From: Octopus sinensis
Lineage: Eukaryota
Length of the DNA stretch: 16,347 nt
Assembly (NCBI RefSeq): GCF_006345805.1
Contig: NW_021825197.1
Coordinates: 1 to 16,347 of the forward strand
Reading direction: 5' to 3'
Position numbers and translations under genes: made by a program. Of the stretch, positions 1-8,899 are shown one piece after another (the stretch's first letter is position 1; every line of letters starts with the position of its first letter). Below the pieces are notes generated by a model. That model was not told the origin of the DNA. It searched no databases and saw only the letters and a list, made by a program, of their open reading frames with translations.

Positions 1-35
1 AAGGCTTTCTGACTATAGTAGAAAGGGTTATTATT
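1..35 (+). mobile_element. Probable 3' tail of a SINE cut by the window edge
   Basis: ggctttctgactatagtagaaagg resembles the tail of the SINE at 68-280 (ggcattgtgcctagagtagaaaa). Confidence 0.3.
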
Positions 36-67
36 TATCCTTATTTATTAATCTTTATAATTAATAT

Positions 68-280
68 GGTGCCGCGCTGGCAGAAACGTTAGCACGCTGG
101 GCGAAATGCCTATCGGTATTTCGTCTGTCGTTATGTTCTGAGTTCAAATTCCGCCGAGATCTACTTTGCCTTTCATCCTTTCAGGATCGATAAATTCAGT
201 ATCAGTTGCGTGCTGTGGTCGATCTAATCGACTGGCTCCCTCCCACAAAATTTTGGGCATTGTGCCTAGAGTAGAAAAAA
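68..280 (+). mobile_element. tRNA-derived SINE (Deu/Nin-like central domain)
   Basis: A-box-like TGGCAGAAACGT near 78, B box GAGTTCAAATTCC at 140-152, and core TTTCATCCTTTCAGGATCGATAAATTCAGTATCAGT. Positions 74-233 are ~84% identical (hand count) to the reverse complement of 1070-1229. Confidence 0.85.
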
Positions 281-315
281 TACAGGAGTCTTGTGTTGCA
301 TAGTACATTATAAAT

Positions 316-424
316 TTCTACCTTTAGCAGGTCGATAAAAAAAGGATCATTTGAACACGGGGGTCGATGCATTCGACTTAGACCCTTTCTCGAACATGCC
401 GGCTTTGCAACAAAATTTGAAACC
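316..424 (+). mobile_element. 5'-truncated, degenerate fragment of the same SINE superfamily
   Basis: cctttagcaggtcgataaaa...ggggtcgatgcattcgactta repeats the core of the 68-280 and 1005-1239 copies and runs into a trinucleotide tract. Confidence 0.55.
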
Positions 425-472
425 ATCATCCTCATCATCATCATCACCACCACCACCACCATCACCACCATA

Positions 473-505
<33 letters not shown>
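424..505. repeat. Compound trinucleotide microsatellite (CAT)n(CAC)n(TAC)n
   Basis: Directly visible. Confidence 0.95.
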
Positions 506-506
<1 letters not shown>

Positions 507-949
507 GCTTTACCGATTTCTTTTGAGTTTAAACCATTAGAATTCTCTGTACCAATATTCTTCCTGACAATAACATCTGTCGTTTCATCTCGCCAATATT
601 TAGTGAAATTGCATTCAGACTACTTGGGGTGAAGTAATTTCGTGATGTTATTTGAATAAAATCAGAACGATTTAAGTTAGTCTTAACATATATTATACGT
701 GGAACTTTTAGAAACTAACTAGAAATCATTGCGTAATCACAGATATGACTTCGCATTCTGTCGAATAACGTTACTCCGGAGATTCTTTGGAGAATCGCCA
801 TTTCGACCGGTTGTATTCGCGATCGTATTCTTTCAGTATTACCCAGCGTTCGTGACCATAGATGAAGAGCATATACCCGGAAATTGAATTGAAGCCAGTA
901 AGTTTGTTGGGTTTTTTCTTAACAACCCCCCACCTTTTCTGAGGATCGA

Positions 950-1507
950 ATGCTTAATCTGTCGCATTACTTCGTCAGCAGTAACATACTTGCAAAAAAA
1001 TTCATAATTCTTTACTACCTACAAGGGGCTAAACACAGAGGGGACAAACAAGAACAGACAAACGGATTAAGTCGATTATATCGACCCCAGTGCGTAACTG
1101 GTACTTATTTAATCGACCCCGAAAGGATGAAAGGCAAAGTCGACCTCGGCGGAATTTGAACTCAAAACGTAGCGGTAGACGAAATACCTCAAAGCATTTC
1201 GCCCGGCGTGCTAACGTTTCTGCCAGCTCGCTGCCTTCAACTTGCAAAAAATTCAGCCACCGGCTTTCCATCGCGTGTGAATAAGAACCCGAGATACTGA
1301 AACTTTTCTACTTGTTTCAGCGACGTACTATCAAATTGTAATGTGCGCCAGGAAGAATTTCTTGAGTCTTGGCAATGCCTTCTCTCTGTAATAGATTAGA
1401 GACAGTCATGGCTGGAAGGCTTGACTATCTTTGTCGAAAAGTTTCTCATACTCAATGAGCCTTGTGGCATTAATCTAAACTACGACCACCACATCAAAGG
1501 AAGAAAC
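950..1507 (+). pseudogene. Possible highly degenerate PLE GIY-YIG remnant interrupted by a SINE
   Basis: The C-terminal-like segment LTIFVEKFLILNEPCGIN (~1430-1485) resembles the E...I...P.GxN end of PLE endonucleases. With the SINE removed, its spacing from LICRIT..TY at ~955 is about 90 codons. Many stops. Confidence 0.25.
1005..1239 (-). mobile_element. Full-length tRNA-derived SINE with target-site duplication
   Basis: B box at 1151-1163 on the minus strand and the same core as 68-280. Flanked by ACTTGCA7TTCA (988-1004) and ACTTGCA6TTCA (1240-1255). Confidence 0.9.
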
Positions 1508-1515
1508 TGATACTG

Positions 1516-1550
1516 AGTTTGACGTTTCGGTTTATTAGCCTTCATCAAGC
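1516..1550 (-). ncRNA. Degenerate minimal hammerhead-like motif
   Basis: The minus strand reads TTGATGA-AGGC-taataa-ACC-GAAA-C-GTC, giving a near-canonical core and a palindromic ACGT stem III. Stem I is not supported and stem II is weak. Confidence 0.4.
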
Positions 1551-1714
1551 TGGCGGTGAGTTAGTCAATACTCTGAACTCATTGTCAATTTTTTCCGACT
1601 AAAAACTAAATGAATACTCTACAAAAAAGGACTCAGTAACCTTCGAATTAATGTTGAATTGGTTTTTATAACTTTGAAATAAAACAAGAATATATGCTTG
1701 TTATATTATATATA

Positions 1715-1898
1715 TTAGTTAGATCGGTAACCACTACACACATTTTATTTCTCTCCTTGTTTTTTTCTGTGTTCCTTTCTGTGGAAGAGCGTAGGCTCGA
1801 AACGTAAAAGGCATTTTCAATTCCCGAGCGTTATACTAATGCATCTGTTTGTTTTCTACCAACCTGTCTTCGTCTTTTGTTTTTTCTTGAATTCTCCC
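1715..1898 (+). mobile_element. Solo PLE pseudo-LTR-like fragment carrying a hammerhead motif, bounded by (TA)n
   Basis: Contains the 1774-1811 motif and is flanked by TA tracts on both sides, the usual PLE target. Confidence 0.45.
1774..1811 (+). ncRNA. Minimal type I hammerhead ribozyme, variant core
   Basis: Stem I CCTTT/AAAGG, core CTGTGGA(A), stem II GAGC-gtag-GCTC, GAAA, palindromic stem III ACGT, cleavage triplet GUA. Confidence 0.6.
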
Positions 1899-1987
<89 letters not shown>

Positions 1988-2006
1988 ATAATATATATTA
2001 TATATT
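1899..2006. repeat. (TA)n microsatellite
   Basis: Directly visible. Confidence 0.95.
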
Positions 2007-2120
2007 AATGTCATACAGGGATATAATCAGTGATGAGGGAAAACGATTCAGTCGAGATGGCCCTGGAAGGAGTTGGGATGAGATTAACAAGAAGCAGTAA
2101 AAGAGTTAGGATTGCAAGCG

Positions 2121-2240
2121 AAAGAGAGACAGACAGGCAAACAGAAAGAGAGTGTGTGAAAGAGAGAGATAGGAGGAAGACAGAGGGAGAGAGGAATGGT
2201 GAGAGGGAAACAGACCGTGCGCGAGAAAGAGCGAGAGAAA
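2121..2240. repeat. GA-rich low-complexity tract
   Basis: Degenerate (GA)n. It explains the ORFs at 2030-2371 and 2011-2436. Confidence 0.7.
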
Positions 2241-3599
2241 CAGGCAGCCAGAATTTAGAGCGGTTTGTGCGTCCCTTTATCTTACGTATTTGGCCTCTCG
2301 TGCTGCTTCGAGAAACTGGAGTATGTTTTACATTTCTTGTTTCGGAAGCTATTACAATATGGATTTCATGAATATAATCAGCAACGATGATGATGTTTTT
2401 TTTTCTTCTTTTCTCTCGTTGGGCAATCATGAACAATTAACACGAAAATATTCAATAATTTTCAAATGATTATAAAATATTTATTCGCTTGAAGTTTTTA
2501 ATATTCTCATTTGCAGGCAGAAATAATGGATTCCGTATTTAAATTATGTCGGATAATACAAATATTTATACTTTAAATATTTAAATAATAGTGTGTCCTA
2601 TTTTATAGCATGTAATACTGGTGAAATAAACTGCTATATAATGTATTTAACTTGTCAGCTTGGGTAACCAATAGCTAACAAACCAGTCATTAAAGAAACA
2701 CACACACACACAATTAATGAGCGAGGGATTTACTCAAGGACATCAACAGCACGAAAAATTACGGTCTTTTTATGGCTATCGTATTTAATTAAGTGAGAAA
2801 ATTTAATTACATTTTATTGAGATTAAAATAATATTAGTCAATGAACTAACGTTTTCTCCTCAGCACTGTGTAAGTATTATTACTAATTCATTGGAATTTT
2901 TTTTCGCACTTTTTTTTTCTGTTACTACATTAAATAATACTCCAGCAATAACTTGACTGCTATTATCTGTGCGGATGGGGACACTGAGTAATTTCCCTCA
3001 GTCATAATAAGAATTGTTGACTGGTATATTATTCTATATCAAATACATTGTATGTTTCGTCACTTATAAGTAAAGAGAAGAACATGCTTCGCTGTGGAGG
3101 TCAAATGGGACCGAAACATATGGGTTGTTGTAACCTATACATTTCATATAAATGCTGTTAGAATTATCAAATATTAAATGAATACTGAGCAAGGAATCGC
3201 TAGACCAATAGATGATAATCCTGTTATATATTAAGAAATGACATAGGGATTAAAATGAGCAGATTAAAGATTGGTCGCTATTTAGTATACAATTTAGTTA
3301 TTGTAGGTTTACTATTAATACCGATACATAGATTTACGCATAGATTTATGTGTTTCTTTGTTGTAGTCGAATTTTTTTTTGTATGACTTAAAGGATAGGT
3401 CGCTGTTTAGTTACATATTTAGGAGTTTGTTATAGATTTACTTATTGAATTTATTTCGGGTCCGCTGTTTCGATTGGAGCCTCCAGCTATACGAAAATTT
3501 CCTGACCCCAGAAAACAGCTTCTAAGCAACTGGTTGTTTTTATGGCAGAAGAAAGAGGGGAATTCCACCAGAAAACGTTTTAATCGATTTTCTCGGTAA

Positions 3600-3756
3600 G
3601 TTTGGGGGTTAAGAAAAAAATAAAAACTGCATTCCAATCTATGCATCTATCTCCACATGTGTGACAATTTACACGTAAATCCACCCAGCCGTTTGGCTGT
3701 TAACCTCAAGACAAGAAAGAATACAACGATCGCCCGTGTTCAACTTATATTATAGA
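3600..3756 (-). mobile_element. Possible 5' part of a non-autonomous Helitron/HINE-like element
   Basis: The minus strand starts TCTATAATATAAG next to a TA tract and contains CCAAACGGCTGGGTGGATTT...AAATT, resembling the AACGGCTGGACCGATTT motif I recall from invertebrate non-autonomous Helitrons. No 3' hairpin/CTAG found. Confidence 0.3.
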
Positions 3757-3770
3757 ATATATATATGTAG

Positions 3771-3803
<33 letters not shown>

Positions 3804-3804
<1 letters not shown>

Positions 3805-4210
3805 GAGTGGCTGTGTGGTAAGTAGCTTGTTTACCCACCACATGGTTCCAGGTTCAGTCCCACTGCGTGGCACCTTGGGCAAGTGTCTTCTACTATAGCC
3901 TCGGGCCGACCAAAGCCTTGTGAGTGGATTCGGTAGACGGAAACTGAAAGAAGCCCGTCGTATATATGTATATATATATATGTATGCGTGTGTGTGTCTG
4001 TGTTTGTCCCCTCCCAACATTGCTTGACAACCGATGCTGGTGTGTTTATGTCCCCGTCACTTAGCGGTTCGGCAAAGAGACCGATAGAATAAGTACTGGG
4101 CTTACAAAAGAATAAGACCCGGGGTCGAGTTGCTCGATTAAAGACGGTGCTCCAGCATGGCCGCAGTCAAATGACTGAAACAAGTAAAAGAGTAAAGAGA
4201 GTAAAGAGTA
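3804..4210 (+). mobile_element. tRNA-derived CORE-type SINE (octopus-like) with internal TA/TG microsatellite
   Basis: A box TGGCTGTGTGG at 3808-3818, B box GGTTCAGTCCC at 3851-3861, CORE-like CCTTGGGCAAGT, and a 3' (GAGTAAA)n-like tail. Confidence 0.88.
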
Positions 4211-4288
4211 TATATATATAAATATATATATATACGTTTAAATATTTGTTGTGCAAGATTTTTTATGTGAAGTCGTGTGTTGAAACAG

Positions 4289-5330
4289 ATATTGTTATAT
4301 TTCGGAATGGTCATATTGCCAGTTTAGCCAATAAAAACACACGCACTATATATTTGGTGTTATTTTGCTTCAGTGATATTTATTTTTTACATTAATCTTA
4401 ATCTTATTTCGGCCAAAGTTCTTTCGTCACACTCCTGTGACCGCATCAGTGGTCCTTTGTTTTCTTCTCACTTACTTGTGTCTCTCCTTACTAACCGTCA
4501 GCCATTTTGTATTTCTATTGTATGTCTTCATTTGCGCATGCTTTTATATCTATGTGCGTCTATGTTTATTTAGTGTGTGGGGGGGGGATGCCTGTAATAT
4601 TTGTATCTTCTGGTTATATACATTCTTGTAATTTGTATTTTGTTTTTGTTGTTGTTGCTTTTGTTCTAATTTTGTTCATGTGTTTACATCCACCCATTAT
4701 TATCATTACATATGCTTGTATGTATGTATAACAACAATATTAGTAATAATAATAATAAATATAATCGAAAAAAAAAAATATATATATATATACATATACA
4801 TATATATATAACATACATATACATATAATATATATCACATATATACACACATACATACACATATAGATATTCATTTCTATTTCTTTAATTACCTGTGTAT
4901 TTATTATGTTTGCAGGATCCACTATTGTCATATGTTGTGGGTGCGCTATTGCTCCATTCTAGTTTTCTATTCAGGCTAGGTTTATTTTCTATTATATGTG
5001 TAGCTTCTGTAATTTGTCTAATTGTTGCATCTGTTCTATGTGTGGACAATATCTTAATCTCTATGTTATTGATTGATCCCCCGTGTTCTTGTTCGGCGTG
5101 TTGGTACAGAATCGATGAGCTTTTACCTTCCTTGAGTTGTCTCCAATGTTCATTCACCCGCTCACAATGCTTCTTGCAGTTTCCCCTACGTATGTTACTG
5201 TCTTGTTACTGCATCGTCCCTCTATACATCTTATACTATAGACCACATTTCTGGCTTTACAGTTCGTTTGTGGGCTAAATCTACATACAGTGCAATAGTT
5301 ATCCGTACAGAGAGTTCTACTAAAAGGATA
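4289..5330 (-). repeat. Left arm of the large inverted repeat (EN + 3' UTR/pLTR)
   Basis: Reverse complement of 7139-8181. Both boundaries were checked base by base. Differences are mostly small indels in runs or microsatellite. Confidence 0.97.
4411..4455 (-). ncRNA. Variant hammerhead ribozyme motif in the PLE 3' UTR (left copy)
   Basis: Exact reverse complement of 8015-8059. Confidence 0.6.
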
Positions 5331-7138
5331 GCTTCTACCAATTATAGATCTGATAGGGTTGCCTGGCTTTTCAACAACCTTAATTCTTAGTTTAAGTTTA
5401 TCTAGGTCCTTCTAAAGCGGTACGCTAGTTCACCTCCAGGGGTGGTGTCAACGAACATGACACTCTGGTATTTATGGCTATCATACCAAGAGTTGGCCTT
5501 CCCTATTTTCTTTTTTGTCCTTTCTATAGTGTTCCATGACTTGTTCCTATAGAGTGGGAAATCCCATTCCTATCATTACATAATATATTATCAAATTTCT
5601 TCATGGCTCCTTTGTATACTCTGATCCTTTCTTTATGGCTGTAACCTGAGAACTGCATGCGGTGAATGAAATACTGTATGTGTCTCTTTAATTCTGTAGG
5701 CTCGCACATGCGTGACACATTTCTCATTATTCTGACGAGGTCTGCCATCAAAATATTGAATTTGGCATTGCCCGCAATGGCTGAGTTCCGGTGGATCAGG
5801 TATTTTGAGGCCATAGGTTTTGCATAGTATGAATGAAGGATTTGGGTTTTATTTTTCACAATTTCTAGCCAGAGTTCAGTGTCTAGTACTGGTAGTCTAT
5901 GGTTGGGGTGTTTAGTGGGGTAGTCTATTGTGACCTTAATACTCTGGTGGATGGAGTTAGCTATTTGCTGGATGCTCTCCATAGTATTAGTTTCTATTAC
6001 TATATCAACAGTACTCTCTTGTGGGGGTGCCTTTACTACTATATTGATATCATCAACATAGCGAGAGTACATGTTTACGAGTATGGATTTCTGCAGTAGG
6101 CATTCTTTAAGCCTTCTGTCCCACCATACCATGAAGAGGTTGGCCACATCACCAGCGATACTAACACCGATGGCTGCCCCCTCGTCCTGGGCATATATTT
6201 TATTATTAAATTTAAATGTGTGGCCTTTTAGGGTAACTCTTATACTAGCTCCTAGTGCATGTGCGATCATTTTCTTTACCTGATGGACATTTGCGGGGCT
6301 CCGTATGGCTCTGGTCCATCCGCGCCATCTTTCTATATGTGTCTTCCTAGCCATAGAAGTAATTGTAGGCGGTCTACTCTTAAACATCTACTGGGGCAGA
6401 AATTACTAAGATTATGTTTATCTAAGTATTCACTATTATATGTCAGTCTAAGTAGGAGGCCCAGTTCTTCTGTGTCGACATTACAGAACTCCACCTGGCT
6501 CTCGTTGATCATCTCCACGCACTTCCCCACTGCAAAATCTACGTCAATCGATGGGTATAGGGATACCACATCCATGCTACCTATATAACATCCTGTCAAG
6601 TCACAAGTTTTGTTACAGTCACTGATCCTGCTTAGGAGATCTTCTGTGCTGTCACACACATCAGGTGACATCCTGATTATAGGGCGTATGATCATTGAGA
6701 GGAAGTAGGAGATTCTGTAATTGCTAGCGATATTCGCTCCACAGACTGGTCTTGTTGGTGGTCCTGCTATAGGGTCAAAAACCTTTATGGTCCTTGCGAA
6801 GTCCATACAGTGCCGGGATATCATTGTTCCAGGCTTGGAAATTCTTTGCAGTACGTTTCTGAGGTCCCAGAACAATTGTCCACATCATCATGTGGGCATT
6901 GAGGACCTTTTCTCTCTCCTCATGCGCCTGTACAGTTGTTACTTTTGTATTGGCGATATGAGGTTGCATTGCCTGGATGTAGTTCGGTAAGCTGTCTATT
7001 GACATCCTGCCGGACTTATCCGGCGGAAGGCATATCACCTCTCCGTTCCTCGTGCGCTGAATGAGCTTCTGTAGGCCACATGCAGGTTTAATCCCTAGTT
7101 GTTGGGCATCTGTCTTATTCTGTCTCTGTCTCTTAATG
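4928..7138 (-). pseudogene. PLE polyprotein (RT + linker + GIY-YIG), ~735 codons, 5'-truncated, six 1-nt frameshifts
   Basis: Motifs in order: PDKSG, LYGLRKDHK, PTRPVCGA, motif A DVVSLYPSI (6572), QDEGAAIG (6189), YVDD (6049-6060), LPVLD, YAKP, PLYR, CxxxxCxxC, VYSIRC, YVGETAR, EH, HxxxxH, EATHI, LN. No in-frame stops once the indels are corrected. Confidence 0.93.
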
Positions 7139-7543
7139 TATCCTTTTAGTAGAACTCTCTGTACGGATAACTATTGCACTGTATGTAGATTTAGCCCACA
7201 AACGAACTGTAAAGCCAGAAATGTGGTCTATAGTATAAGATGTATAGAGGGACGATGCAGTAACAAGACAGTAACATACGTAGGGGAAACTGCAAGAAGC
7301 ATTGGTGAGCGGGTGAATGAACATTGGAGACAACTCAAGGAAGGTAAAAGCTCATCGATTCTGTACCAACACGCCGAACAAGAACACGGGGGATCAATCA
7401 ATAACATAGAGATTAAGATATTGTCCACACATAGAACAGATGCAACAATTAGACAAATTACAGAAGCTACACATATAATAGAAAATAAACCTAGCCTGAA
7501 TAGAAAACTAGAATGGAGCAATAGCGCACACCACAACATATGA
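7136..7543 (+). CDS. Intact stand-alone GIY-YIG endonuclease ORF in the inverted arm (135 aa; 160 aa from the ATG at 7061)
   Basis: MYPFSRTLCTDNYCTVC...CKARNVVYSIRCIEGRC...YVGETARSIGERVNEH...HAEQEH...EATHI...LNRKLEW, with CCHH and catalytic R/E/N residues present. Expression is unknown. Confidence 0.6.
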   Translation: MYPFSRTLCTDNYCTVCRFSPQTNCKARNVVYSIRCIEGRCSNKTVTYVGETARSIGERVNEHWRQLKEGKSSSILYQHAEQEHGGSINNIEIKILSTHRTDATIRQITEATHIIENKPSLNRKLEWSNSAHHNI

Positions 7544-8181
7544 CAATAGTGGATCCTGCAAACATAATAAATACACAGGTAATTAAAGAAATAGAAATGA
7601 ATATCTATATGTGTATGTATGTGTGTATATATGTATATATATGTATATGTATATGTATGTATATATATATATGTATATGTATATATATATATTTTTTTTT
7701 TCGATTATATTTATTATTATTATTACTAATATTGTTGTTATACATACATACAAGCATATGTAATGATAATAATGGGTGGATGTAAACACATGAAACAAAT
7801 TAGAACAAAAGCAACAACAACAAAAACAAAATACAAATTACAAGAATGTATATAACCAGAAGATACAAATATTACAGGCATCCCCCCCCACACACACTAA
7901 ATAAACATAGACGCACATAGAGATATAAGCATGCGCAAATGAAGACATACAATAGAAATACAAAATGGCTGACGGTTAGTAAGGAGAGACACAAGTAAGT
8001 GAGAAGAAAACAAAGGACCACTGATGCGGTCACAGGAGTGTGACGAAAGAACTTTGGCCGAAATAAGATTAAGATTAATGTAAAAAATAAATATCACTGA
8101 AGCAAAATAACACCAAATATATAGTGCGTGTGTTTTTATTGGCTAAACTGGCAATATGACCATTCCGAAATATAACAATAT
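7139..8181 (+). repeat. Right arm of the large inverted repeat (inverted pLTR)
   Basis: Reverse complement of 4289-5330; ends in (TA)n. Confidence 0.97.
8015..8059 (+). ncRNA. Variant hammerhead ribozyme motif in the PLE 3' UTR (right copy)
   Basis: GG(A)CCA-CTGATGCG-GTCACA ggag TGTGAC-GAAA-G aa C-TT-TGGCC. Stem II is a perfect 6 bp, stem III is minimal, and stem I is 5 bp with a bulge. Confidence 0.6.
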
Positions 8182-8509
8182 ATATATATATGCACACATT
8201 AAAAGACAAGGAACATGTCACGGCAAAACAATAAACATTCCTTTACATAGTCAGTTACCTCAAGCATTACCAGTAGCCCCCGAACCTTCCATAACTTATG
8301 TGTCCATTACCGAAAATTTTGAATTTATGTATTCTTCTAAATTTTACGATTTATTGTTTGATGACTCATCTCTAGAAAAATTTTGATGACGAAGCTGCTC
8401 CAGACTTCAATTTTAAAAAAGGTGTTTTGATCTCACACTTGTATGGAGAATGTCGTCATGAAATACGGCCTGTTAGCTTCAATTTAATTGGAAATAAGAA
8501 TAAACCATT

Positions 8510-8713
8510 ATATATAAATATATATGTATGTATGTATGAATGTATGTATGTATATATGTTTGTATGTGTGTATTATATATATAGAGAGACAGATATAGCT
8601 ATAGTTATCCGTATGTGTGTATAAGCACATATATACAAATGTGTATATATGAACAAATGCAAACGGACACATAAGCACACTCATATATAACGGTATATAT
8701 GCGTGTATGTATG

Positions 8714-8754
<41 letters not shown>

Positions 8755-8867
8755 ATACATGTGTGCGTGTTTATGTGTGCGTCTCATACGTAGATACGTA
8801 ATGGAACATCAAACATATCTCTTTATTTCCCCATCAGTCTATCTCCTACCCACATACCTACCAACCG

Positions 8868-8899
<32 letters not shown>

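Larger units (their letters stand above)
4235..8181 (-). mobile_element. Penelope-like retroelement, 5'-truncated, with inverted pseudo-LTR
   Basis: RT + GIY-YIG ORF, 1.04-kb inverted arms, hammerhead motif in the 3' UTR, and both ends abutting (TA)n. The left boundary is approximate; 4235-4288 has no partner in the right arm. Confidence 0.93.

Noticed and set aside
828-903. YYPAFVTIDEEHIPG resembling the piggyBac TIDE motif; also an AG..GTAAGT-bounded 61-nt segment
   Set aside because: A stop follows immediately, flanking translation does not resemble a transposase, and all three exon frames contain stops.
2011-2436. ORFs of 113 and 141 aa
   Set aside because: Produced by a GA-rich low-complexity tract; no domain motifs.
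2500-2570. Strong acceptor ttctcatttgcag at ~2516 followed by a short ATG ORF
   Set aside because: The ORF is 16 codons, with no matching donor or recognisable product.
3423-3595. AG/GTAAGT-bounded 173-nt open frame; another frame reads GCFYGRRKRG like a neuropeptide cleavage site
   Set aside because: No recognisable protein, the GRRKR frame has a stop just upstream, and the region adjoins a probable repeat.
4895-5278. 127-aa + strand ORF and the 103-aa mirror ORF at 7228-7539
   Set aside because: Antisense shadows of the GIY-YIG coding sequence.
8190-8510. Two overlapping ORFs that could be joined by a frameshift; minus-strand AVFHDDIL resembling a GDPD HD motif
   Set aside because: No recognisable domain, and the HD-like hit is on the opposite strand to the 11.9-kb candidate exons.
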